Below are positions 9,772 through 17,699 of a stretch of DNA of 64,000 nt, one piece after another. The position numbers and the translations under genes were made by a program. How positions within the stretch are numbered: position 1 is the first letter of the stretch; each line of letters begins with the position of its first letter. Source of the stretch: an uncultured Holophagales bacterium. Lineage in GTDB: Bacteria > Acidobacteriota > Thermoanaerobaculia > Multivoradales > UBA5704. The notes under the pieces were generated by a model, which was not told where the DNA came from, made no database searches, and saw only the letters and a list, made by a program, of their open reading frames with translations. The stretch covers positions 352,001 through 416,000 of the forward strand of contig CAWJGT010000019.1 in NCBI GenBank assembly GCA_963842525.1, given 5' to 3'.

Positions 9772-10157
9772 CCAGCGCAGAGAACGGTATCCACGCCAGC
9801 GTAAGCTTATCCACCGCAGATAAGCTTATCCGAGCCAGCGTAAGCTTATCTGGCGTAGATAACACTATCCGGCGCAGATAACGTTATCCGGCGCGGATAA
9901 GCTTATCTACGGCAGTGTAAGCTTATCCAGCGCAGATAAGCTTATCTGGCGCAGATAACACTATCTGGCCCAGATAACGTTATCCAGCGTGGATAAGCTT
10001 ATCCGTGCCAGTGTAAGCTTATCTGGCGCAGATAAGCTTATCCAGCGCAGATAAGCTTATCCAGCGCAGATAACGTTATCTGGCACGGATAACACTATCT
10101 ACCGCGGATAACGTTATCTGGGCCAGTGTAAGCTTATCTGGCGCGGATACGCTTATC
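9772..10157. repeat. Tandem array of 20 palindromic 19/20-bp units (consensus CYnGCGCAGATAAGCTTAT)
   Basis: Counted 15 units of 19 bp and 5 of 20 bp; core GATAAGCTTATC or GATAACGTTATC is a perfect palindrome. Confidence 0.95.
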
Positions 10158-10329
10158 CGGAGCATGTGGCAGTATCCCCAGCCGATGTCCTTCATCCCAT
10201 AATACGCGCCAAGGACGACGGCGCTCTACCTCGTCAGTTACATGGAGCCGTAAGCAGGTTGTGTAGACCCGTGTCCGCTGGGCTGGGAGGTCGGCGCGTG
10301 AAGTGCTTTGAGTCGGTGCCGCACGTGGC

Positions 10330-10403
10330 GCACAACGATATGGGCCTCAGCGGGCGGAACCGCGCATTATGCGGTTCCCTTCCGCTGCAGGCCTGGGTTG
10401 GCC
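10330..10403 (-). mobile_element. Solitary integron attC-like recombination site
   Basis: Minus strand GGCCAAC CCAGGC CTGCAGCGGA...CCGCTGAG GCCCATATC GTTGTGC: AAC/GTT R boxes, paired L boxes with one extra base, central stem GGAACCGC/GCGGTTCC; 74 bp. Confidence 0.7.
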
Positions 10404-10499
10404 GCCCTTCGCGAAGCGAGGCCATCGCACGAGTTACCTGCCGGCCCTTGTTGCTCTTGCGGTACTTGTCGCATTTCTATCCCGCGGGCCACGATCGAC

Positions 10500-10650
10500 T
10501 CATTTGGGCTTGGCCGAGAGGATTTCATTCGCCACTCCGAACCCCTCGATCGCCTGCCAGCTCGCGATGAGGAAACACCCTAGGGAAGCGAGACTGCATA
10601 AGAGCGTGATTCCAAACATGCAGGCCCTTGTTCTGTTCGAGGTGGTGGTG
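10500..10650 (-). pseudogene. 3' remnant of a probable cassette gene (one TM helix), truncated at the REP element
   Basis: ...RTRACMFGITLLCSLASLGCFLIASWQAIEGFGVANEILSAKPK*; lower GC; oriented toward the attC-like site. Confidence 0.4.
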
Positions 10651-10654
10651 CGGG

Positions 10655-10871
10655 AAGAGCCCTGACGGGGCTCGGGCATAGAGCCTGGCGCTTCAGCGCC
10701 AGGTAGGGCATCCCCATTTTCCCTAAGCCCTGAAGGGGCGGGGGCATTCTTCGGCCTCAATCTGTGTGCTCCCACCACCGCATCGGGGCTCGCGCCCCTC
10801 GCCCGTGCCGTCGCCCCTTCAGGGCTTGGGTCAATATCGGGTCTCGGTCCTGGGGTTGAAACCCCAGGCTT
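10655..10871. repeat. REP-type composite element, family B (5' part, interrupted by the intron; continues 12713-12735)
   Basis: Hairpins cctggcgcttcagcgccagg, gccctgaaggggc and cctggggttgaaaccccagg; colinear with the reverse complement of 49135-49350. Confidence 0.9.
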
Positions 10872-12712
10872 GTGCGCCCGTGAGCGCACACGTTCAGAGA
10901 GGTGAAAGTCCTCTTCAGGCATACGCTCTCCGGCCTGTAACCGAAGGTAACTGCGTCGCCCAAAGCGAGGTGGAGAGCAACCGGAGGTGAGAGACCAGTC
11001 CGCAGGAGACGAAATCGATTCGGCCTTGTGACCCCGACGAGCCTGCAAGCCACTGGCGAAGTCTGGACCCTCAAGGGAGACCCATCGAGCTGAGGGGTAG
11101 CGTGCGAAAGCGGCGATGGGGGGGCGTAGGGTGATTGGATGCAGAATGGTCTCAAAGGACGTGTGACGTGAAGCGGGGAGACCTCGGTCGGGCAGGAGAC
11201 TTGCCGAGGAGTCAGAGTCCTCATAGGAGCTGAGAAGCGCCGTAACGGGCGTGGAGCAAAGGGGGACAGGGAGGTGGATGCGTGACGACTGGACAAGCGG
11301 AAAGCAACCGCGCGTCAGTGCCTGTAAGGGCTAAACAAGCCGGAGAAGTCCGGGGCCGGTGGCCCTGGGTGGAACCGCATGTCTGGACGGATCGCATGTT
11401 GACGGCCCTCGAAGCTGGGGTCCAAGGAGGCCAATGGTTCAGTCTGATCGACAAGGTCTATGACTCGCGCAACCTGGACTCTTCCTACCAGCGGGTCAGG
11501 CGGAACCAGGGAAGCGCTGGGGTTGACCACGTGACGGTCGCGCAGTTCAGCGCCCACCTCGGCAAGAACCTGGAGAACCTGGCGGCTAGTCTGAAAGACG
11601 GCAGTTATCGTCCGCAGGCGATTCGCCGGGTGTGGATACCCAAGCCGGGTAGCTCCGAGGAGCGCCCTCTGGGGATTCCGACGGTTCAAGACCGGGTGGT
11701 GCAAGGAGCGCTGCGCAATGTCTTGGAACCGATCTTCGAACGGGAGTTTGCAGCCCAGAGCTACGGATTCCGTCCGGGGAGAAGTACCAAGGCTGCGCTG
11801 CGTCGCGTCTCGGAGCTGCTGGAGGCCGGCTATACCCATGTGGTGGACGCCGACCTGCGCAGCTATTACGACACGATCCCTCGCCAGGGTTTGATGGCGA
11901 GAATCGAAGCGAAGGTATCGGACGGCCGGGTCTTGGACCTGGTGCGTGCCTTTCTCGACCAGGAAGTGATGGTGGGTCTGGAGCACTGGACTCCTGAGGA
12001 GGGAACTCCACAAGGAGCGGTGATCAGTCCCCTGCTGTCGAATATCTACCTGGACCCTCTCGACCATCAAATGGCCGAACAAGGTTATGAGATGGTGCGG
12101 TACGCTGATGACTTCGTGATTTTGTGCCGTAGCCGAGAAGAGGCCGAGCGAGCGTTGGCGGAGGTGGAGGAGTGGACGGCAGCCGCCGGTCTGCAACTTC
12201 ATCCCGACAAGACGCGCATCGTGGACGCCACCCAGCCGGGTGGCTTCGACTTCCTTGGGTACCACTTCGAGCGCGGCTATCGCTGGCCGAGCAAGAAGAG
12301 CCTGAAGAAGCACAAGGACACGATCCGTTCCCACACCAAGCGCACGCACGGCATCAGCCTGCGAGAGATCATCCGCCGAGTCAACGCAGTCCGTCGGGGC
12401 TGGTTTGAGTACTTCAAACACAGTCACGGCACCACGTTCAAGCCTCTCGACCAGTGGGTGCGGATGCGCCTGAGGAGCATCCTTCGCCACCGGCAAGGGA
12501 GACGAGGACGTGGCCGGGGTCAGGACCATCATCGCTGGCCGAACGCCTTCTTTGCTGAGCATGGGTTGTTCTCCTACGTCACAGCCTATGCTCAGGCCCG
12601 TCAATCCTCTAGCAGGTAAAACCACCAACTGGAGAGCCGGATGCGGGAGATCCGCATGTCCGGTTCGGAGGGAGGGGGAGCCGGGAACTCAACCGGCCCT
12701 CCCTACCCCTAT
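10872..12712 (+). mobile_element. Group II intron, apparently complete (1841 nt)
   Basis: 5' GTGCG at 10872; domain V GAGCCGGATGCGGGAGATCCGCATGTCCGGTTC near 12634-12666; domain VI ending CCCTACCCCTAT at 12712; removing it restores the REP sequence. Confidence 0.93.
11282..12619 (+). CDS. ltrA: Group II intron reverse transcriptase/maturase (no HNH endonuclease domain)
   Basis: GSAGVD, RPLGIPTVQDR, SYGFRPG, GTPQGAVISPLLSNIYL, YADD, FDFLGY, X domain. Confidence 0.95.
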   Translation: MTTGQAESNRASVPVRAKQAGEVRGRWPWVEPHVWTDRMLTALEAGVQGGQWFSLIDKVYDSRNLDSSYQRVRRNQGSAGVDHVTVAQFSAHLGKNLENLAASLKDGSYRPQAIRRVWIPKPGSSEERPLGIPTVQDRVVQGALRNVLEPIFEREFAAQSYGFRPGRSTKAALRRVSELLEAGYTHVVDADLRSYYDTIPRQGLMARIEAKVSDGRVLDLVRAFLDQEVMVGLEHWTPEEGTPQGAVISPLLSNIYLDPLDHQMAEQGYEMVRYADDFVILCRSREEAERALAEVEEWTAAAGLQLHPDKTRIVDATQPGGFDFLGYHFERGYRWPSKKSLKKHKDTIRSHTKRTHGISLREIIRRVNAVRRGWFEYFKHSHGTTFKPLDQWVRMRLRSILRHRQGRRGRGRGQDHHRWPNAFFAEHGLFSYVTAYAQARQSSSR

Positions 12713-12780
12713 TATGCCTATGCCCCTTCGGGGCTCCTCTCAATCCACGCACAGAACCGAACAAAAATGTGTGTAAGAGG

Positions 12781-12999
12781 GCGGTTTCAACCCGGGGTGC
12801 GGATGGCTACCAAGCCATTCCCGAGCCCCTTTCAGGGGCGATGGCACGGGCGCAATGCCGTCGGTGTGAGGTGTCCGCGACGGCGGACCGGTGCGCCACC
12901 AACCCTCGCCGGTGCCCCTGAAGGGGCTCGAAAACGAAATCGGTCTCCGCAACCCCGGGTTGAAACCCGGGGCTACATGCCGGCGCCCACAAGGGGCGC
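12781..12999. repeat. REP-type element related to family B
   Basis: ggtttcaacccgggg, gcccctttcaggggc, gcccctgaaggggc, ccccgggttgaaacccgggg. Confidence 0.75.
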
Positions 13000-13067
13000 T
13001 TCCCCCGCCCCCCGATATGTGTAACGGCATGGTGTCAACCTGGGTCGATCGGGCCAGGGGGTGAGGT

Positions 13068-14627
13068 CTACGTCAGCACATATCCCCGCGCCAGCTCCGT
13101 GTACTCCTCGACCTGCTGACGCTCCCAGCCCGCATCCCGCCCCAGCTCTTCCGCAAGCAGGCGCGCCACCGCGGGGGCGGCCTCGGCGCTGGCCCTGGCG
13201 TCGAGCAGCAGGGAGCGGGTGCGGCGGGCGAGGACGTCCTCGACCGTGCGGGCCATCTCGTGGCGGGCGGCCCAGACCACCTCGCAGAGCCGGTAGGGGA
13301 GGCGTGGATGGAGAAGACCCTCCCAGCCGGGACGCTCCCCGGCGAGCTCGTCCACGGCCGGGGCGTCCGCGCCATAGGCGGTCCCCTCCACGGGCTGGAC
13401 CTGCTCCGTCCAACCGTGCAACGGCAGCGACGCCGTGACCGAAGGGAGGTCCTCCAGACCTGCTGCCCGTGCGGCCTCGTCGATCGTGTCCTCGCCCATC
13501 TTGCGGTAGGTGGTCCACTTGCCTCCCGTGATGGTGACCAGGCCCGAGGGGGAGACGAGCAGCGTGTGGTCGCGCGCCAGGGAGGAGGTGCTCTTGCCGT
13601 CCTTCGCCGCCCGCACCAGAGGCCGCAGGCCGGCAAAACAGGAGAGGACGTCTGCCGGTCCCGGATCGTGGTCGAGGTAGCGGGCGGCGTGTCGGAGGAG
13701 GAAATCGACCTCCTGCGGCAGCGGGCGCGGCTCGGGCGACGGCTCGCTCACGGGCGTATCGGTGGTCCCCACCACCACGCGCCCGCGCCAGGGGACCGCG
13801 AAGAGGACCCGGCGGTCGTCGGTGTGCGGGACCATGATCGCGCAGTCGCCGGGCAGGAAGGACCGGTCGAGGACCAGATGGACACCCTGGCTGGGTGCCA
13901 GAAGCGGTGGGCTGTCCGGCTCGTCCATCTGCCGCAGGCCGTCCGCGAAGACGCCGGTGGCGTTGATCACGACCTTCGCCAGGACCTCGTGCTCCGTGCC
14001 GGTCTCGAGGTCGCGGACCACGGCGCCACGGATCTTTCCTTCGTCCTTGAGGAGCGCGACGGCCTCGGCGTAGTTGACCGCGGTCCCGCCGAGGTTGTCG
14101 ACCAGGGTGCGGGCGAGGGTGACGGCGAGGCGGGCGTCGTCGAACTGGGCGTCGTAGTAGAGGATGCCGCCGCGCAGCTCATGCGGCTCGACCGTGGGGA
14201 TGCGCTCCAGCGTCTCCTCGCGCGAAAGGTGGCGGGACGGGCCCAGGCCCATCCGTCCGGCGAGCAGGTCGTAGAGCTTGAGCCCGGCACCGTAGAAAGG
14301 CGCCTCCCACCAGTCGTAGTTGGGCACCACGAAGGCCAGGTTGTGCACCAGATGAGGGGTGTTGCGCAGCAGGAGACCCCGCTCGCGGAGGGCCTCCAGC
14401 ACCAGCCCGACGTTCCCCTGGGCGAGGTAGCGCACCCCGCCGTGGACCAGCTTGGTGCTGCGGCTGGACGTCCCCTTGGCGAAGTCGTGGCGCTCGACGA
14501 GCAGCGTCCGGTATCCCCGGGACGCCGCCTCCACCGCCACGCCGAGACCCGTCGCCCCGCCGCCCACTACGAGGACGTCCCAGGGCTCGGGCTCGCGGAG
14601 CTGCTCCAGCGCGTGCTCGCGGTTCAT
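13068..14627 (-). CDS. glpD: FAD-dependent glycerol-3-phosphate dehydrogenase
   Basis: GGGATGLG, DFAKGTSSRSTKLVHGGVRYL, FAGLRPL, ITGGKWTTYRKM. Confidence 0.95.
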   Translation of the reverse strand: MNREHALEQLREPEPWDVLVVGGGATGLGVAVEAASRGYRTLLVERHDFAKGTSSRSTKLVHGGVRYLAQGNVGLVLEALRERGLLLRNTPHLVHNLAFVVPNYDWWEAPFYGAGLKLYDLLAGRMGLGPSRHLSREETLERIPTVEPHELRGGILYYDAQFDDARLAVTLARTLVDNLGGTAVNYAEAVALLKDEGKIRGAVVRDLETGTEHEVLAKVVINATGVFADGLRQMDEPDSPPLLAPSQGVHLVLDRSFLPGDCAIMVPHTDDRRVLFAVPWRGRVVVGTTDTPVSEPSPEPRPLPQEVDFLLRHAARYLDHDPGPADVLSCFAGLRPLVRAAKDGKSTSSLARDHTLLVSPSGLVTITGGKWTTYRKMGEDTIDEAARAAGLEDLPSVTASLPLHGWTEQVQPVEGTAYGADAPAVDELAGERPGWEGLLHPRLPYRLCEVVWAARHEMARTVEDVLARRTRSLLLDARASAEAAPAVARLLAEELGRDAGWERQQVEEYTELARGYVLT

Positions 14628-14639
14628 CGCGAGGAGACT

Positions 14640-16400
14640 CTACTGCCCCCCGCCGCTCTCGATCTGCTTCAGCCGCTCGAGGTTCTGGGCGGCCATCTGG
14701 TCCTGCGGGTTGATCTTGAGGACCCGCTCCAGGAAGGCCTTGGCCTCGGGAGTCCGGCCGGTGGAGAGGAGGAGCACGGCGAGGTCGTTCATCGCCGCTG
14801 TGTGCCGGGGCGCGATTTCGAGGGCCCGGCGCAGGTCCTTCTCGGCTGCGGTCATGTCCCGGCGGGACATCTGGACGACGCCGCGCTGGTAGATCAGGTC
14901 GGGGTTGTCCGGCTGGAGCTGGAGGGCCGCCTCGGCGGCCTGGAGCGCCTCGACGGGGCGCTGCAGAAGGAGCAGGAGCTGGACCTCGAGGAGCCGCGGC
15001 CGCAGCTCGGACGGCGAGGCCTTGATCTCCCGGCGGACCGCCTCCACGGCCTTCGCGCTCTCGCCGCGGGACATCAGGCCCAGGGCTTCCTGCATGTCCT
15101 CGCTGAGGACCGGCTGGGCCGGCGCGCTCGGCGTGGCGCCCTGGGCCGGCCCCGGAGCCTGTGCCGGAGGCGGAGCCGGAGGCGCGGCCGGCCGCGTGGC
15201 CGCCTGGACCAGCTCGTCGACCCTGGCGCGCGCCTTCTGGGCGTCGTCCTTGCGGCCGGCGGCGTCGAGGGCCTGCGCCAGCCCCTTCCAGGTCTCCTGG
15301 CCCTGCGGGTGGAGGCTCGTCGCCTTCTCCAGGTACGGCACCGCTTCCTTGGCCCGCCCGGCCTCGACCAGCAGGCTGCCGAGCTCGACCGCGATGCCCA
15401 CGGCGGGGCGCGGATCGCCGACCTTCGCAGGATCGGCGGGGATCTTGTCGGCCAGCGGCTTCAGGGTCGCGATGGCCGCCGCGGCATTGCCGGACCGCCG
15501 CTGCGCCCGGCCGAGGAGGAGGACCAGGCCCGGATGGCTGCCGGTGTGCCCCTGGAGGACCTGCAGGGTCTGGGCGGGCTCGCCGGCCGCAAGGTGGGCT
15601 TCGGCGAGGGCGCGGCGCACCTCGAGGTCCATCCCCTGGGGGTGCTTGTCCAGGAGCGGCTTCAGGACGGCGACCGCCTCCTTGCCGTTGCCCTTCTGGG
15701 CCAGCGCCCGGCCGCGCAGCAGCCGGATGGCGGGATCGTCCGCCGGCAGTCCGGCGAGGAGCGTCTCGGCCTCGTCCGGGCGCTCGAGCACCAGGGCGAG
15801 GGAGGCGGCCATCAGCCGCGCGTCGCCGTCCTGGGGGTTGCGCAGGGCCCAGGGGACGAGGAGCCCGTAGGCCTCCACCACCTTGCCCTCGCGCATCATG
15901 GCGAAGCCGAGGTCGCGCGCCGCCGGGGAGGCCGGAGCCTGGAGCGCCGCCCGGATCAGATAGGTGCGGGAGCTCTCGTTCTGGCCGACGGCCGCGGCGG
16001 CCCGCGAGGCGTTGTAGAGGACCGCCGGGTTCGCCCCCTCGAGATCGGCCAGCGGCTTGAGCACCGCCAGAGCGTCCTGCGGCCGGCTCGCTTGCAGGTA
16101 GAGGGCTCCCAGCAGCGAGCGGGCGGGGGCCGTCAGCTCGTTGCGCCGGCCTTCCAGCATCTGGACGGCGCCCGCCACGTCGCCGGCCTCGACCTTCTTC
16201 AAGGCCTCGTCCATGAGCGGATCGGCGGGAGCTGCCGGGGCGGCAGCAGGCTGGGAAGGCTGCTGGGTCTGGACCGGCTGGGCCGGGGCCGGCTGGCTAC
16301 CCGCGGCCGGCGGGTTCTGGGCCTCGGAAGCCTTCTGCTGGCCGCACGCCGGCGACCAGGCCAGGAGTGGCAGGATCAAGAGGACGCTGAGCTTCTTCAT
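14640..16400 (-). CDS. Exported (probably lipo-) TPR repeat protein
   Basis: MKKLSVLLILPLLAWSPAC signal, Pro/Ala/Gln linker, many TPR-like helices. Confidence 0.82.
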   Translation of the reverse strand: MKKLSVLLILPLLAWSPACGQQKASEAQNPPAAGSQPAPAQPVQTQQPSQPAAAPAAPADPLMDEALKKVEAGDVAGAVQMLEGRRNELTAPARSLLGALYLQASRPQDALAVLKPLADLEGANPAVLYNASRAAAAVGQNESSRTYLIRAALQAPASPAARDLGFAMMREGKVVEAYGLLVPWALRNPQDGDARLMAASLALVLERPDEAETLLAGLPADDPAIRLLRGRALAQKGNGKEAVAVLKPLLDKHPQGMDLEVRRALAEAHLAAGEPAQTLQVLQGHTGSHPGLVLLLGRAQRRSGNAAAAIATLKPLADKIPADPAKVGDPRPAVGIAVELGSLLVEAGRAKEAVPYLEKATSLHPQGQETWKGLAQALDAAGRKDDAQKARARVDELVQAATRPAAPPAPPPAQAPGPAQGATPSAPAQPVLSEDMQEALGLMSRGESAKAVEAVRREIKASPSELRPRLLEVQLLLLLQRPVEALQAAEAALQLQPDNPDLIYQRGVVQMSRRDMTAAEKDLRRALEIAPRHTAAMNDLAVLLLSTGRTPEAKAFLERVLKINPQDQMAAQNLERLKQIESGGGQ

Positions 16401-16495
16401 CGGTCGGGCTCCGATCGTTTGCACGTCTGATTCTCTCTTGGGAACGTTTTGGCGGAAGCGGGTGTTCCCGTTGTGCGCTGGCCAGTCGTGAGCCG

Positions 16496-17140
16496 TCACA
16501 TGGCTCCCTGCTCGCCATAGAGCAGCGCTGCCCGCAAGACCTCTTGCAGCTTTCCTTGCCGCAGGGCGGCCAAAGGGTTCCTGCCCTTGAGAGCTGCGTT
16601 CTCGCTCAGGAAGAAAGCCAGCTTCATCCAGGGATCGTGCTCGGCGAGGGTCCTCAGCACCTCTTCAAACCCCTGCAAGACACCGCCGGGGCCAAACTGC
16701 CAGGCGGGGAAGGCATACCCATGCCGGCCACAGTCGACGGCGAGCAACCGCCCGGCCCGATAGCGCTTGTAGACCGCCTGCCGGGAGAGGTTCAAGAGAG
16801 ACGCCACCTCCTGGATGCCGAGAGTTCCTCCTTCGGCGGTCAGGAGCCGTTGTCTCGCCTCGACGCCACGAAGCCGGGCTTCGGCCAAGGGGTCATCCTG
16901 GGTCAGGACCGCAAGGCCCGGTGCCGATTCCAGCGCTGTGAGCAGGACGCCATAGTCCGATGGAGCCGAGACAGCCTCCCGCAGGGAGGCCTCTCCCATG
17001 TGCGCCGAGAGCCGCGCTACCGCCCGCAGGGCCCGCCGGGCAAACGCCCCGCGAACGGAAGCATCGCCGGGATGGACTAGGCCACGCACAGTCTTCTCGA
17101 TCTCGTCGTCGTAGGAGGTGAGTTGAGCGGTTGCGGTCAT
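16496..17140 (-). CDS. Antitoxin-like protein (HTH plus Xre/MbcA/ParS-like C-terminus), no adjacent RES toxin
   Basis: EVASLLNLSRQAVYKRYRAGRLLAV...YAFPAWQF...WMKLAFFLSENAALKGRNPLAAL. Confidence 0.65.
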   Translation of the reverse strand: MTATAQLTSYDDEIEKTVRGLVHPGDASVRGAFARRALRAVARLSAHMGEASLREAVSAPSDYGVLLTALESAPGLAVLTQDDPLAEARLRGVEARQRLLTAEGGTLGIQEVASLLNLSRQAVYKRYRAGRLLAVDCGRHGYAFPAWQFGPGGVLQGFEEVLRTLAEHDPWMKLAFFLSENAALKGRNPLAALRQGKLQEVLRAALLYGEQGAM

Positions 17141-17287
17141 GAGGAAGCCCGCCTTCTGGTCCGGTTGACGTTTTATCACGGACCAGAAAAATGGTAACCC
17201 GCGCTGGCGCACGACACACACGAGGCAATTGAATTTCGTCGCTTAGAATGCTATATACTCTTTATGTTCTTCCGAAGGGAGGCTCTG

Positions 17288-17695
17288 ATGAAGTCACCAG
17301 TACACATTGTAGTGCTCGTGGCCCTGCTTTTGGCGCCTGCCCTGGCGATGGCCGAGAGTTCGTCTGTGGGAACCGAGGCGAGCACACCCTTGCTGCAGGC
17401 CCTCGAAGGGGCAACCTGCGGCCAGTCGGTCGTGGAACAGGGAATCCCCAAACCGATGTGGAAGACGTGCACCGCAGACCTGGACTGCCCTGACGGGTGT
17501 ACCACGTTGCACTGCGTCGGCAATACGACTTGCGTGGTGGGCTCGACCTCAGTGACCTGTGACGGCGTCGCCACTAATTGCCCCTATCCAGCGTGCTCCC
17601 CTCCGCAGTTTTGCCCCAATAAGTGCGATTACTGCGAGTGTGTGGCCCTGGGTATCCCGATCTTTAACTGTGTGCGGGCCTACTGTTCCTGGTGA
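17288..17695 (+). CDS. Secreted cysteine-rich peptide (15 Cys)
   Basis: RBS gggagg, signal peptide MKSPVHIVVLVALLLAPALAMA, pro-region, C-terminal domain with 14 Cys. Confidence 0.75.
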   Translation: MKSPVHIVVLVALLLAPALAMAESSSVGTEASTPLLQALEGATCGQSVVEQGIPKPMWKTCTADLDCPDGCTTLHCVGNTTCVVGSTSVTCDGVATNCPYPACSPPQFCPNKCDYCECVALGIPIFNCVRAYCSW

Positions 17696-17699
17696 GCCA

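Noticed and set aside
9772-10157. CRISPR array
   Set aside because: Units are 19-20 bp in total with only ~7 variable bases; no 25-45-bp unique spacers and no cas genes
11282-12619. Retron, DGR or defence-associated RT
   Set aside because: Has RT0 and X domains plus intact group II intron ends and domains V/VI; no TR/VR pair or msr-msd seen
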